Source of the DNA: Methanomassiliicoccus sp.
GTDB lineage: Archaea; Thermoplasmatota; Thermoplasmata; Methanomassiliicoccales; Methanomassiliicoccaceae
Direction: 5' to 3'
DNA: 64,000 nt
Assembly (NCBI GenBank): GCA_018262895.1
Contig: JADFDJ010000010.1
Location: 17,199-81,198 of the forward strand
Part shown: piece after piece, positions 27,373 through 37,289 of the stretch
How positions within the stretch are numbered: the first letter of the stretch is position 1
How the letters are laid out: every line of letters starts with the position of its first letter
Notes under the pieces: model-generated
Databases searched by the model: none
What the model was told of the DNA's origin: nothing
The model's input: only the letters and a program-made list of their open reading frames with translations
Translations under genes and position numbers: made by a program

Positions 27373-27921
27373 ATGTTTTTAGAACGAAAACGGATGGACG
27401 AACGGAAGAGAACCGTCGGAAAACGGGACCCAAGGCTTGTTACGGTGCGACGAGGCGGCACATTGGAGGACGCCGAACATCGACTTCTCGCACAGTGGGC
27501 TGCCGATTGCGCGCAGCACGTCCTGCACCTCTTCATACAAGGGAGACCAGGTGACAGCCGTCCGCGCCGAGCTATCGAGCAGGCTCAAGCTTGGTCTCGA
27601 GGCGAGATAACAATGACTCAGGCCCGCTCGGCCGCCTGTGCCGCACACGCTGCCGCCAGAGAGGCCTACGGTGCCGCTAGGGAGGCAGCTAGAGCCGCTG
27701 GTCACGCCGCGGCGGTAGCTCACATGGCGGATCACGAGCTGGGCGCAGCGGTCCACGCGATCAGAGCTGTTCGCTTAGCAGCTCCAGAGAGCGAGCGTGA
27801 CAAGGCGGGTCGTTGCGAGTGCCGGTGGCAGCGCGCCCAGCTACCGCTGGAGATCCGTGATCTCGTGCTCTATGATCAGAGGTTAAGGAACAAAAAGTGC
27901 TGGTCCTTGTTCGATCGATGA
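27373..27921 (+). CDS. Imm5-like putative immunity protein (family often mis-annotated 'exonuclease SbcC')
   Basis: DPRLVTVRRGGTLEDAEHRLLAQWAADCAQHVLHLF, RPRRAIEQAQAWSRGEITMTQAR, an Ala-rich helical core, and ECRWQRAQLPLEIRDLVLYDQRLRNKKCWSLFD. These closely resemble a family I recall mainly from Actinobacteria. The start may be M8 (27394). Confidence 0.6.
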   Translation: MFLERKRMDERKRTVGKRDPRLVTVRRGGTLEDAEHRLLAQWAADCAQHVLHLFIQGRPGDSRPRRAIEQAQAWSRGEITMTQARSAACAAHAAAREAYGAAREAARAAGHAAAVAHMADHELGAAVHAIRAVRLAAPESERDKAGRCECRWQRAQLPLEIRDLVLYDQRLRNKKCWSLFDR

Positions 27922-28009
27922 AGGGTCCGCACCTTCCTCATTTCTTTCCGCATTCGGCCTAGTCCTTCCTAGCTCTTCGAAAATCTGTTAGTTCTGTTTA
28001 CCTTGGCCA

Positions 28010-29077
<1,068 letters not shown>

Positions 29078-29389
29078 CTAGCCGACGCAGGGTCTAGATG
29101 CACGATGGCCTACTTCTGCTCTTCTGCCTTTCCGTTCCCCATACCATATCCAGTTTGGATCTTAGCTGCTCACTGTTCTTCCTGACGGCCCTGCATGAAC
29201 GGCCGACGCTTTCAGAAAAGGAAGGGATGGCGATGTGAGACTTCAGCCCCCTCTGTGAGGCAACCCGACGACAAGGATGATCGGCTGGGGGCGGGCTCTC
29301 CCGCTTTACGTCCCTCCGTGGAGGGTCTCTGATAGCTTCCATTGCTCGTTCCTATTTTTGTTCATCTGGATCGATTTCCGACCGTGACC

Positions 29390-30271
29390 TCAAAGGGTCA
29401 CCAGCTCGTACTTGCGGCTGCCAAGGCCAATTTCCTTTACATAGCTCAGCTGCACGGTCGGCTCGGTGAATGACCTGAGGCCACGGAACTTGTCCTCCCC
29501 CTCCTCCACATTATTCTCCAGCATTGAACCGGATAGACCAACCTGAGCGTTCACCAGGTCAATGCTTGCCTGATCGATGTCCACGGGATCTGTTGATGCC
29601 AGGAAGCCGATGTCCGGTACGATGGATGCATCGCTCCAGGGGGAGCAGTCGCAGTCAGGGGTGATGTTGGTCAGGAAGCTGATGTAGCTAATACGTCCAT
29701 CATGTACCTTGGTCATACCGTAGGCGAACTCGATCATCCTCTCCATGAAAGGATTGATGGACGATGTCCAGTCGAGCTCGATAGTCCTCTCCTGGCAGAC
29801 CGTCATGCACTCCCCGCAGCCGATCCAGTGGTCCGCGGCCACACTGGCCTTGCCCTGGGGGAGGGAAATGGTCCCCTCCGGACAGATCTCCTCGCAGGAA
29901 CCGCAACAGATGCAGGAGTCATGCTTCACCTCCATGTGGCAGGCATGCTGCCCTTTCTTGCCCACGGTAGTCGCTCCGCCCATGGCCAGGTTCTTGATGG
30001 CCCCGCCGAACCCGGCCATCTCATGGGCCTCGAAGTGGGTCATAACGATCATGCTGTCAGCGTTAATCAGGTCTCTAGCCAGCCTCACAGAGGAAAAGCG
30101 CTTCCTCCCTATCTGTACCTCCTTGACGCCATCGCTGCGGAGGCCGTCGGCGATGATCAGCGGAGCCCCTGTGACCATCAGGACGAGCCCATGCTCTAGC
30201 TCTGTGATGAGATGGTCGACCGTGTTGATTGCAGTGACCCCACTTTTGCCATGCAGCCGTTGTTTCAGCAA
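29390..30271 (-). CDS. DUF362 domain protein with 2x[4Fe-4S] ferredoxin insert, apparently 5'-truncated
   Basis: VTGAPLIIADGLRS...MTHFEAHEMAGFGGAIKNLAMGG is DUF362-like. Cys clusters CICCGSCEEICP and CIGCGECMTVC are present. Only a TTG start is available. The roughly 90 N-terminal residues that full-length members carry are missing, and that space is occupied by the 3' end of the kinase gene. Confidence 0.6.
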   Translation of the reverse strand: MLKQRLHGKSGVTAINTVDHLITELEHGLVLMVTGAPLIIADGLRSDGVKEVQIGRKRFSSVRLARDLINADSMIVMTHFEAHEMAGFGGAIKNLAMGGATTVGKKGQHACHMEVKHDSCICCGSCEEICPEGTISLPQGKASVAADHWIGCGECMTVCQERTIELDWTSSINPFMERMIEFAYGMTKVHDGRISYISFLTNITPDCDCSPWSDASIVPDIGFLASTDPVDIDQASIDLVNAQVGLSGSMLENNVEEGEDKFRGLRSFTEPTVQLSYVKEIGLGSRKYELVTL

Positions 30272-32472
30272 ACGCCGAAGCGGTAATGGCCGGGAGGTAC
30301 TGAGATCTCGAACCTCACTCCCTTCCCGGGCTCACCGCTCTCAAGAATGGTCATGCCCGTGAGTGCGAGTATCTCCTTTGAGAGGAACAGGCCGAGACCG
30401 GTGCCACGTCCGAAACCTTTCTCGAAAAGCTTCTCCTTCTCCTCCCTAGATATTCCGGCGCCCTCGTCCTCGTATGTCAATTTGAGGCCGTGGCCGTTCT
30501 CGATCGATCCGATCCTGACCGATAGGGGGCGGCCGCCATACTTTACACTGTTCTCGAAGAGGTTATGGAATACCTTGGGGAACATGGGGTCGGCATAGAT
30601 GGTGAGGTCCTGCAGCTTGCTGTCGACCTCGAGGCTGGAGACGTCCTTTAGATCAGGAAGTTCCCTCAGCACGTCTTCTAGACGTTGCCATCGGGGAGAG
30701 ACCGCGCCTATCTGCTCGTAGTCGCTGGTGAACGCTATCTGCTTCTGGACGGTAAGGATCGAATCCTCCATCCTCCTTAACCTCGCCAGGGCGTCAGGGT
30801 TGTGGATTAGCCCTCTGGTAAGCTCCAGCTGGGCCCTCTGAACAGTAAGCTGGTTGTTTATATCGTGTCTGGTGATGCTGCTCAGGAGGTTGAGCATCTC
30901 GTGGGACCTCCTCAGGTCCTTCTCGGCCTTAATTATCTCGGTGATATCCTGGTTCACCCCGAACACCTTTAGCATTTTGCCGTTACCGTCCTTTATCTGG
31001 CAAGGGAAGATGTTGAAGTGTCTTACCTCGCCGTCCCTTCGGATGACACGATGATCGAAGTGGAGATTGTTGCCCATGTAGTCCGGGGCCATCGCGGCCA
31101 TCTTTTCCACGTGGTCGATATCATCGGGGTGGATGAAGCGGCGATAGTATTCCTCCTTCGACATGGAATATCCTCCCTCCTGTTCAGCGTTGGTGCCGTA
31201 CAGGGCATAGAACCGGTCATTGAAGGTGTACACGTCCGAGAACGGGTCGTATTCCCAGTAGACCAGGAGCGCCAGGTCCATGGCCAAGGTCAGCTGCAGC
31301 TTGCTGGCCTTCAGGTCCTCCTCGACCTGCTTCTTCCCCGTAATGTCGCTGATGACCAATATCGTCAGAGGGGTCTCCTCCGTACCCAGATCGGCCTTGG
31401 TCACGGTAACGTGCGCCCACAGCACACCCCCGTCCTTTTTGAGGTATCTCTTCTCCATCCCGAAGTGGTCGATCCTTCCTGCTTGGAGGTCCTGGAACTG
31501 GTCTGATCCAACGCACTGGTCCTCTGGATGGATCAGCTCGCTGATCTTCAGGTTCATCAGCTCCTCCCGTGAGTACCCGAAGAGCTTGACCGTTTGATCA
31601 TTGAACTCGATGGGGCGTCCCTGCTCGTCCACCGAGACTATCCCCACGGATGCCTCGTTAAAGATGGCCCTCAGCTTGCTCTCGCTCCTGCGGAGAGCGT
31701 CCTCAGCCTTCTTCTTCTCGGTGATGTCCTTGACAAGCCCCACGACCCTCACCGGGTTTCCCTGAGCGTCCCTCTCCAGCTCGGCCACTGACTTTATCAC
31801 CCGCGAGGGGGAGGCGTTGGGCGGTCTGATGGTGAACTCGACATCGTAATAGTTCCCCTTCTCCATGAGATCGGTGAATGCCCTTTCGGCCTTGTCCCAC
31901 TCAGTGACGCATCCCTTGATGGCCTCCAAGGGAACGTCTCCGCTTGGAACGTCCAGGCCGAATACATCCAAACCTTCTTTCGATATCCATATGCTCTTCG
32001 GTTGACCTACCAGATCATATTCCCAGCAGCCGGAGTGCCCAATGGAGTGCGCCTTGCGGAGACGCTGCTCGTTCTTGTTCAGGGCCTTCTCTGCCCGGTA
32101 GCGTCTCACCGCCTCCTTTACCTTGTACTCCAGCTCCACGAACTGGGCGACGGGGTTCCCGCCCTTCTGAAGGTAGAAGTCAGCTCCAGAATTCAATGCC
32201 TCTATGACGACCTCCTCTCGGCCTTTTCCTGTGAACAGGACGAAAGGGATGTTGTTGCCCTGGGAACGCAGCATCTTCAGGAAGTCTATGCCATTGGTCT
32301 CTGGCATGAGGTAGTCAGAGACGATCGCGTCGAACCTTTCCCGCGAGATCATGCTCATGGCAGCATTGGCAGATGAGGCTACGTCCACGTGCAATTGAGC
32401 GGACATCTCCAGGAAGGTCTTACCAATCTCCAGGAGACCTTCTTCATCATCTACGTAGAGGACCTTGATCAT
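30265..32472 (-). CDS. hybrid sensor: N-terminal response-regulator receiver + multiple PAS domains + histidine kinase
   Basis: Receiver domain (KVLYVDDEEGLLEIGK...DAIVSDYLMPETNGIDFLKMLR). About four PAS-like repeats. H-box ITRHDINNQLTV. ATPase boxes NLFENSVKYG and GTGLGLFLSKEIL. ATG at 32472 (MIKVLYVDDE) is preferred over the track start at 32568. Confidence 0.85.
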   Translation of the reverse strand: MIKVLYVDDEEGLLEIGKTFLEMSAQLHVDVASSANAAMSMISRERFDAIVSDYLMPETNGIDFLKMLRSQGNNIPFVLFTGKGREEVVIEALNSGADFYLQKGGNPVAQFVELEYKVKEAVRRYRAEKALNKNEQRLRKAHSIGHSGCWEYDLVGQPKSIWISKEGLDVFGLDVPSGDVPLEAIKGCVTEWDKAERAFTDLMEKGNYYDVEFTIRPPNASPSRVIKSVAELERDAQGNPVRVVGLVKDITEKKKAEDALRRSESKLRAIFNEASVGIVSVDEQGRPIEFNDQTVKLFGYSREELMNLKISELIHPEDQCVGSDQFQDLQAGRIDHFGMEKRYLKKDGGVLWAHVTVTKADLGTEETPLTILVISDITGKKQVEEDLKASKLQLTLAMDLALLVYWEYDPFSDVYTFNDRFYALYGTNAEQEGGYSMSKEEYYRRFIHPDDIDHVEKMAAMAPDYMGNNLHFDHRVIRRDGEVRHFNIFPCQIKDGNGKMLKVFGVNQDITEIIKAEKDLRRSHEMLNLLSSITRHDINNQLTVQRAQLELTRGLIHNPDALARLRRMEDSILTVQKQIAFTSDYEQIGAVSPRWQRLEDVLRELPDLKDVSSLEVDSKLQDLTIYADPMFPKVFHNLFENSVKYGGRPLSVRIGSIENGHGLKLTYEDEGAGISREEKEKLFEKGFGRGTGLGLFLSKEILALTGMTILESGEPGKGVRFEISVPPGHYRFGVC

Positions 32473-32715
32473 TCGATCAGATGGGTGAGAGAGATTTTGA
32501 TTAGAATAAATATATATTCTATCTGAAATCAGTATTGATGTTTTAAACCATGGGGCGGGAGCTGACAAATTTCCTTACCCTGTAAAGGGCTGTCGAATCC
32601 TAGGACCGCAACCATATGGCTTTCGAATATCCTTTTATGGTAATAAAGAGAGGACGGCAGCCTATGGCTGCGCTGCGCCGGTTGATCATGGTGATCCTGC
32701 AGAGGATCGCGGGGG

Positions 32716-33414
32716 CTAGATCCTCAAGGTGCCGTCATTGAACCCATCGCCCAGATGGGTCCCATCGCAGAAGGGGTGGATCTTGGACCGTCCACAGCGG
32801 CATAGCGTTGCCCGGTTCCTGATTTCATAGGTGAAGCCGTCCGCGCTCTCGACAGGTATGCCGCCCTTAACCCATAGGGGGCCGCTGATCCTACGTCCCG
32901 GGTCCTGGGTCACGCTTATGAGCCGTTGGAACTGGGGTTCGATCGCCGAGCCCTGCTTATCGTATGCCACCAGTCGTCCGGCCGAGCACTGTCCGATGAT
33001 CTCGATGGCCTTGCTCCCCTTGGAGGGATCGGCGGATCCCTGTACCAGCTTCCATACCCCGCCTGACCTCTGGCAGAACTGAGCACGTGCACAGATATCG
33101 ACCCTGTCACGCATATCAAGTCCAGGGCCGGAGAACAGCTGGGACCGCTCAATGTAATTGTCGCGGGGAGCCTTCTCTCTACCCTCGAACCCTATATCGA
33201 GATGAGTCATATCGCAAAAAGGAGCGTTCTTTGAGCTTCCGCAGCGACAGAGGGAATAGGCCTCCTGCTCCGGATAGTCACGGGTCTTCGACCACTCGGT
33301 AGGCATGCCGTCCTCGCCCCTTAACGTGGTCTCTTCGATCAACGGCACACTTCCCGATACAAGATAGGGGCCGTTCTTGCGTACCTTGATCTTGGCATCA
33401 TCCCTGGCGACCAT
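32716..33414 (-). CDS. CDGSH-type iron-sulfur domain protein (two CDGSH motifs)
   Basis: CRCGSSKNAPFCDMTH and CRCGRSKIHPFCDGTH fit C-x-C-x2-S-x3-P-x-C-D-G/M-T-H. A central Cys-containing segment (CARAQFCQRSGGVW) separates them. The start is taken at MVARDD (33414); the track start is 33468. Confidence 0.75.
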   Translation of the reverse strand: MVARDDAKIKVRKNGPYLVSGSVPLIEETTLRGEDGMPTEWSKTRDYPEQEAYSLCRCGSSKNAPFCDMTHLDIGFEGREKAPRDNYIERSQLFSGPGLDMRDRVDICARAQFCQRSGGVWKLVQGSADPSKGSKAIEIIGQCSAGRLVAYDKQGSAIEPQFQRLISVTQDPGRRISGPLWVKGGIPVESADGFTYEIRNRATLCRCGRSKIHPFCDGTHLGDGFNDGTLRI

Positions 33415-33538
33415 GAACCGACTCCTTGGTGCAGTAATGAAGCATCGAGGATTAGTCATTTGCACCAAAAGGAAGGTAATGTTGAGGAAATGGTTTCAAG
33501 GAGCTGCAAGGTTCCGTTCCTTCTAGCAGGGAACAACC

Positions 33539-35458
33539 TCACCGGAACTTCCAGACCGCCAACAGCGCTATGGTCGTGGTCACCATGGCCGCAGTTACGG
33601 CAAGGACCATGGTCGTCTCGTCTGCCTTGATGATCTCCTTGTCGGCGGAACCGGCTATCGTCATGTTCTCCGAGGAGCTGGTGTTCGCCTCCGTTCCCTG
33701 GGAGAATATGTAGCGCCAGTTGAGCCTGGACTGCAACTTGCTCAAGGTCTCGGTCCATGATGAGCGGTCGGAGGTGACATCTACAGTGCTGTTCGTTGTT
33801 GAGTTCCCGGTATTACCATTCTTATCGGTGTTTACGGGAGGGGTTACGTCTGTCGCAGGATCCATGGTGTTCTGAGACGGCTCCTCTGTATCGTTCGATG
33901 GCACCCCATCGGTGTTGTCGGAGGGAACCTCTTCAGTAGTGTTGGTGGGGACCTCCTCGGTGTCGTTGGTGGGGGACTCCTCGGTCTCATTCTCGTTCGT
34001 CTCAGGGTCCGGCTCCTCTACATCATCCTCCACCGGTACCACTATGGGAGCTGGGGGCTCAGGAACTGTCAATGTGAAGTTCTGATACGCCCTTCTCTGT
34101 TCCGATGCCGAGGCGAGAATGCTCACGTTGTAGGAGCCGGCGTCATCAGGTATGCCTGAGACCAGCCCGGATGACGATATCGACAGGAAAGAGGCATCCG
34201 TAACGAGGGACAGCGTCGATGGAACGGACGTGTTCACCTGATAGGAGTAGGTCGCATTGAAAGTGGCATTGGTCAGGGGGATGGAGATGAATTCGATCTC
34301 CGGGAGCGGATCGCTCTTTACCTCAGGGTCGGGGAGAAGCCCTCCGGTGTAGGGATATCCGGAGGTGCCCGTCAGGACCATGGTCCCTATCATCTGGCCA
34401 CCTGCCGCCCAGATCGTCTGCTCGCCGAACGCCCATCGGGTCAGGGGGTACACGCCGTTGTATCCCAGCTCGCCCCAGTACAGGGGGCTGCCGCAGGCGT
34501 CCGCCCAGGCCTCAGGGTCATTGAACAGGTATGCATTGCTGGCCCCGCTGGCTGAGGCGTAGTAATGGCGGTGTAGGATCTCGAACCCGCAGGTACCCGT
34601 GGCCAGCTTGAAATCGGTCAGCCCCCAGCCGAACATCTTGCCGAGGCCGGCGATGCCCATGGTCCGGGGATGGGTGGAATAGCCCACAGTGGCCGCAGCC
34701 ACGGCCTTGGCCCAGGTGTTGAACCCGGTCTTGCCACCGTTGGTTGACCAGTAGTTGGTGTAGCAGTTGTCATGGTCGGGCTCGTTGAACACGTCGTACA
34801 TGGCGATGGCGTCCTCGCCATCCAGAGCGACCATGGTGTCCCGGATATAAGCGATGTACCGAGCGTAGGCAGTGCTGGAAGTGTCGAACACGGAGCCGGA
34901 TCCGCCATACGCATAGGTCGGGTATTCCTGGGAACCGGCCATCACAAAGCACAGCCAGACGCCATGCTGCTCGGCCTGGGCACAGATGAGCTTGAGCATG
35001 GAGATATATTCATCATGATGGTTCAGCCAGGCCTGGTACTGGATCCTGGATCCCCATGCGTCACCAGCGCCCAGTCTCACCAAGTTGCAATCGTAATATT
35101 CAGTTATGGCGAAGTACTGATGCCAGAACTGCTCGGCGGTCTCGTGATAGGGTATGTACCCCTTGTTGCTGGTGTCTGGCCCATTGAGGTGGGACGTCTT
35201 ACCGGCCGCACCCGTCTCGCCCTCGATATATGCCAGGATGGCGTTCTGCAGGGCAGTGGTCTCCACCACACCGAAAAATTTCTGGGACGTGACCACACCG
35301 TCGATAAGTATCTTCGTACCAGATACGCCGACCCGACCGTAGGTCGTGGTCGTGGTTTCAGCTGAAGCGGAGGGAGTGTCAACTATCACAGAGAATCCAG
35401 GTAGGACCATCGCAGCGATGATCAGCGCTACCGCTAAATGATGTTTATATCTGCTCAC
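33539..35458 (-). CDS. surface-anchored GH5-like (cellulase-superfamily) glycoside hydrolase with Ig-like domain, acidic Thr/Asn-rich linker and C-terminal TM anchor
   Basis: Signal peptide (LAVALIIAAMVLPGFSVIVDTPSASA). Candidate acid/base motif VFNEPD and candidate nucleophile motif YWGELG, about 120 aa apart. Repeated TEE-V-P-[ST]-N linker. C-terminal helix MVLAVTAAMVTTTIALLAVW followed by KFR. Confidence 0.65.
   Translation of the reverse strand: MSRYKHHLAVALIIAAMVLPGFSVIVDTPSASAETTTTTYGRVGVSGTKILIDGVVTSQKFFGVVETTALQNAILAYIEGETGAAGKTSHLNGPDTSNKGYIPYHETAEQFWHQYFAITEYYDCNLVRLGAGDAWGSRIQYQAWLNHHDEYISMLKLICAQAEQHGVWLCFVMAGSQEYPTYAYGGSGSVFDTSSTAYARYIAYIRDTMVALDGEDAIAMYDVFNEPDHDNCYTNYWSTNGGKTGFNTWAKAVAAATVGYSTHPRTMGIAGLGKMFGWGLTDFKLATGTCGFEILHRHYYASASGASNAYLFNDPEAWADACGSPLYWGELGYNGVYPLTRWAFGEQTIWAAGGQMIGTMVLTGTSGYPYTGGLLPDPEVKSDPLPEIEFISIPLTNATFNATYSYQVNTSVPSTLSLVTDASFLSISSSGLVSGIPDDAGSYNVSILASASEQRRAYQNFTLTVPEPPAPIVVPVEDDVEEPDPETNENETEESPTNDTEEVPTNTTEEVPSDNTDGVPSNDTEEPSQNTMDPATDVTPPVNTDKNGNTGNSTTNSTVDVTSDRSSWTETLSKLQSRLNWRYIFSQGTEANTSSSENMTIAGSADKEIIKADETTMVLAVTAAMVTTTIALLAVWKFR
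33900..33995. repeat. four imperfect 24-nt tandem repeats inside the GH5-like gene (encode the DTEEVPTN-type linker)
   Basis: Units at 33900-33923, 33924-33947, 33948-33971 and 33972-33995. For example, GGAACCTCTTCAGTAGTGTTGGTG versus GGGACCTCCTCGGTGTCGTTGGTG match at 18 of 24 positions. Confidence 0.55.
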
Positions 35459-35745
35459 CTATAATCCCTCACGAAGAGTAAAACGTTCACCGGGTTCAAG
35501 GGTACTTGAACGTTTCTTTCTTAAAACCAAAATTTAAATCTATGTATAAATATTTGAAAATATAATAGTAAGCTACGCCCTCTTACCTGAGCGTGATCAC
35601 TTTTCCAGTCCATTCATTTTATAATTATTTGTATTATCTTATTTAATATCCACATGGTCATTGCAACTTTAAAATTTGATAGTATCCTGAACAAGGGAAG
35701 CGTTATCGATATCTCGTGGCCTGCCTGGGGGCGTGAACGTCCGCA

Positions 35746-36129
35746 TTATGGCACCTGGTCCTCGAAACAGGCCCAAGCGCTCTCGTCTTCCCAGATCCTG
35801 ATAGTCAGAGTTCGCTCCCCGATCTCTCCAAGCTTTTCGCGCACCCTCCTCCATATCTCCACAGCCAGGTTCTCCATCGTGGGGGAACGTGATGAGAACT
35901 CCGGGAGGTCGTTGAGGACAATACCGCGGTAGCGGTCCAGCACCGAGCCCAGGACCTCCTTGAGGACGGTGATGTCGATGAGAAAACCGCTTTCGTCAAC
36001 CCGGGCGCCCCGGACGATGACCTCGACCGTATAATCATGATGGTGCTCCTCGCATTCTACGGTAGCGGCCTGTGGCAGATAGTGGCGGGACCTCATGCTC
36101 ATGCTGAGGCCTGTCTCGAACAAGGTCAT
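35746..36129 (-). CDS. 6-pyruvoyl-tetrahydropterin synthase / 6-carboxytetrahydropterin synthase (QueD-like) family
   Basis: 127 aa. HHHDYTVEVIVRG...SGFLIDITVLKEVL is a typical PTPS-fold motif (His triad context). Overlaps the upstream dehydrogenase stop by 4 nt. Confidence 0.75.
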   Translation of the reverse strand: MTLFETGLSMSMRSRHYLPQAATVECEEHHHDYTVEVIVRGARVDESGFLIDITVLKEVLGSVLDRYRGIVLNDLPEFSSRSPTMENLAVEIWRRVREKLGEIGERTLTIRIWEDESAWACFEDQVP

Positions 36130-37148
36130 GCCTCCGGATATGTGAGTAAGACCTGCAGGGCCAGGTGGCCGCTCTCATCGAGCAACTGGTAGGCAGCGGA
36201 AGCCTCCATGATGGGGAAGCGGTGGGTGATCAGATGGGATGGGGAGATCGTTCGGATGGTCCTCCATGTTAGCTCGGCCCTCCTCTCCTTGGACCATCTG
36301 CTGGAGAGGTCCCCAGATATCCTGCTCACCTGGCTGCTGATGATCCTCAGTCGCTGTCGGTGGAACTCATCGCCCAGCCGGCATCCCTGTGGATTGGTGC
36401 CGTACCATGAGCCTACGACTATTCTCCCCTCCAGGGCAGCGATGCGGGTGGCGAGCTCCAGACCTTCAGGGGTGCCGCTGAGCTCGATGACGAGGTCGGC
36501 CTTGCTCCCAGCCAGCCCGACATCCTCGAGGAACTGGTGTGGTCCTCCGGAAGGGTCGACGCAAGCCTCCGCCCCCATCATCCGCGAGCGCTCCTGCCTC
36601 AGGGCGTATCTGTCGGCGGCCACAAGGTGCCCCAGGGGCATCCTTGCAAGGATGGCTGTGGTCAGCAGACCTATGACCCCCTGCCCCAGCACCGCCACGT
36701 TCTCGCCCACGATGGGGGCGGCATCCATCGCCAGGGAGAGCGCGGTCTCCACCCCCGGGAATAGGACGGCATCCTCCATGGTCACCCCTGTGGGAACAGG
36801 GCGCACCTCCGGCAGGGGTACTGTGAAGCGGCTCTCGTGGGGTTGGAAGCAGAACACTTCCCTCCCCAACCATCCTGGGGGCACTCCCTCGCCGGCCCGC
36901 TCCACCACGCCCACGGTGGCATAGCCATACTTGAATGGGTATTGGAGCTCTGACCTGATCGACGTGATGGTCTCGTCGAGAGGTGTCCCCTCCCCCACCA
37001 GGCCGCGGTAGAACAGCATCTCCGTCCCCGCGCTGATGGCAGATAGGACGCTGCGAACGGTGACCTCGCCCTCTCCGGGCGAGGGGACCGCCTCCTGCCT
37101 CACCTCCACCCTGCGTGGGGCCGTGTGATACAAAGACCATCGCTCCAT
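36126..37148 (-). CDS. medium-chain (zinc-type) alcohol dehydrogenase-family oxidoreductase
   Basis: 340 aa. GroES-like N-terminal domain and Rossmann motif VAVLGQGVIGLL. Substrate unknown. Confidence 0.7.
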   Translation of the reverse strand: MERWSLYHTAPRRVEVRQEAVPSPGEGEVTVRSVLSAISAGTEMLFYRGLVGEGTPLDETITSIRSELQYPFKYGYATVGVVERAGEGVPPGWLGREVFCFQPHESRFTVPLPEVRPVPTGVTMEDAVLFPGVETALSLAMDAAPIVGENVAVLGQGVIGLLTTAILARMPLGHLVAADRYALRQERSRMMGAEACVDPSGGPHQFLEDVGLAGSKADLVIELSGTPEGLELATRIAALEGRIVVGSWYGTNPQGCRLGDEFHRQRLRIISSQVSRISGDLSSRWSKERRAELTWRTIRTISPSHLITHRFPIMEASAAYQLLDESGHLALQVLLTYPEA

Positions 37149-37289
37149 TGTCCTCGCCAGTTGGTTATGGGCATTCGGCCATCATGATAATATCGCATCG
37201 TATGCGCCTCAGGCAACTTCACAATAGGGCAAGGGCTCGTTCTTCATCCTTTCAGACGGTGCTCCGGATTAGCTATATTACCGGCTTCG

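Noticed and set aside
29094-29342. 82-aa minus-strand ORF (and a 47-aa hydrophobic plus-strand ORF) in the 333-bp gap between the aldo/keto reductase and DUF362 genes.
   Set aside because: No motif, no convincing ribosome-binding site and atypical composition. It may be decayed sequence of the putative island. Kept only as context for the tRNA-Val finding.
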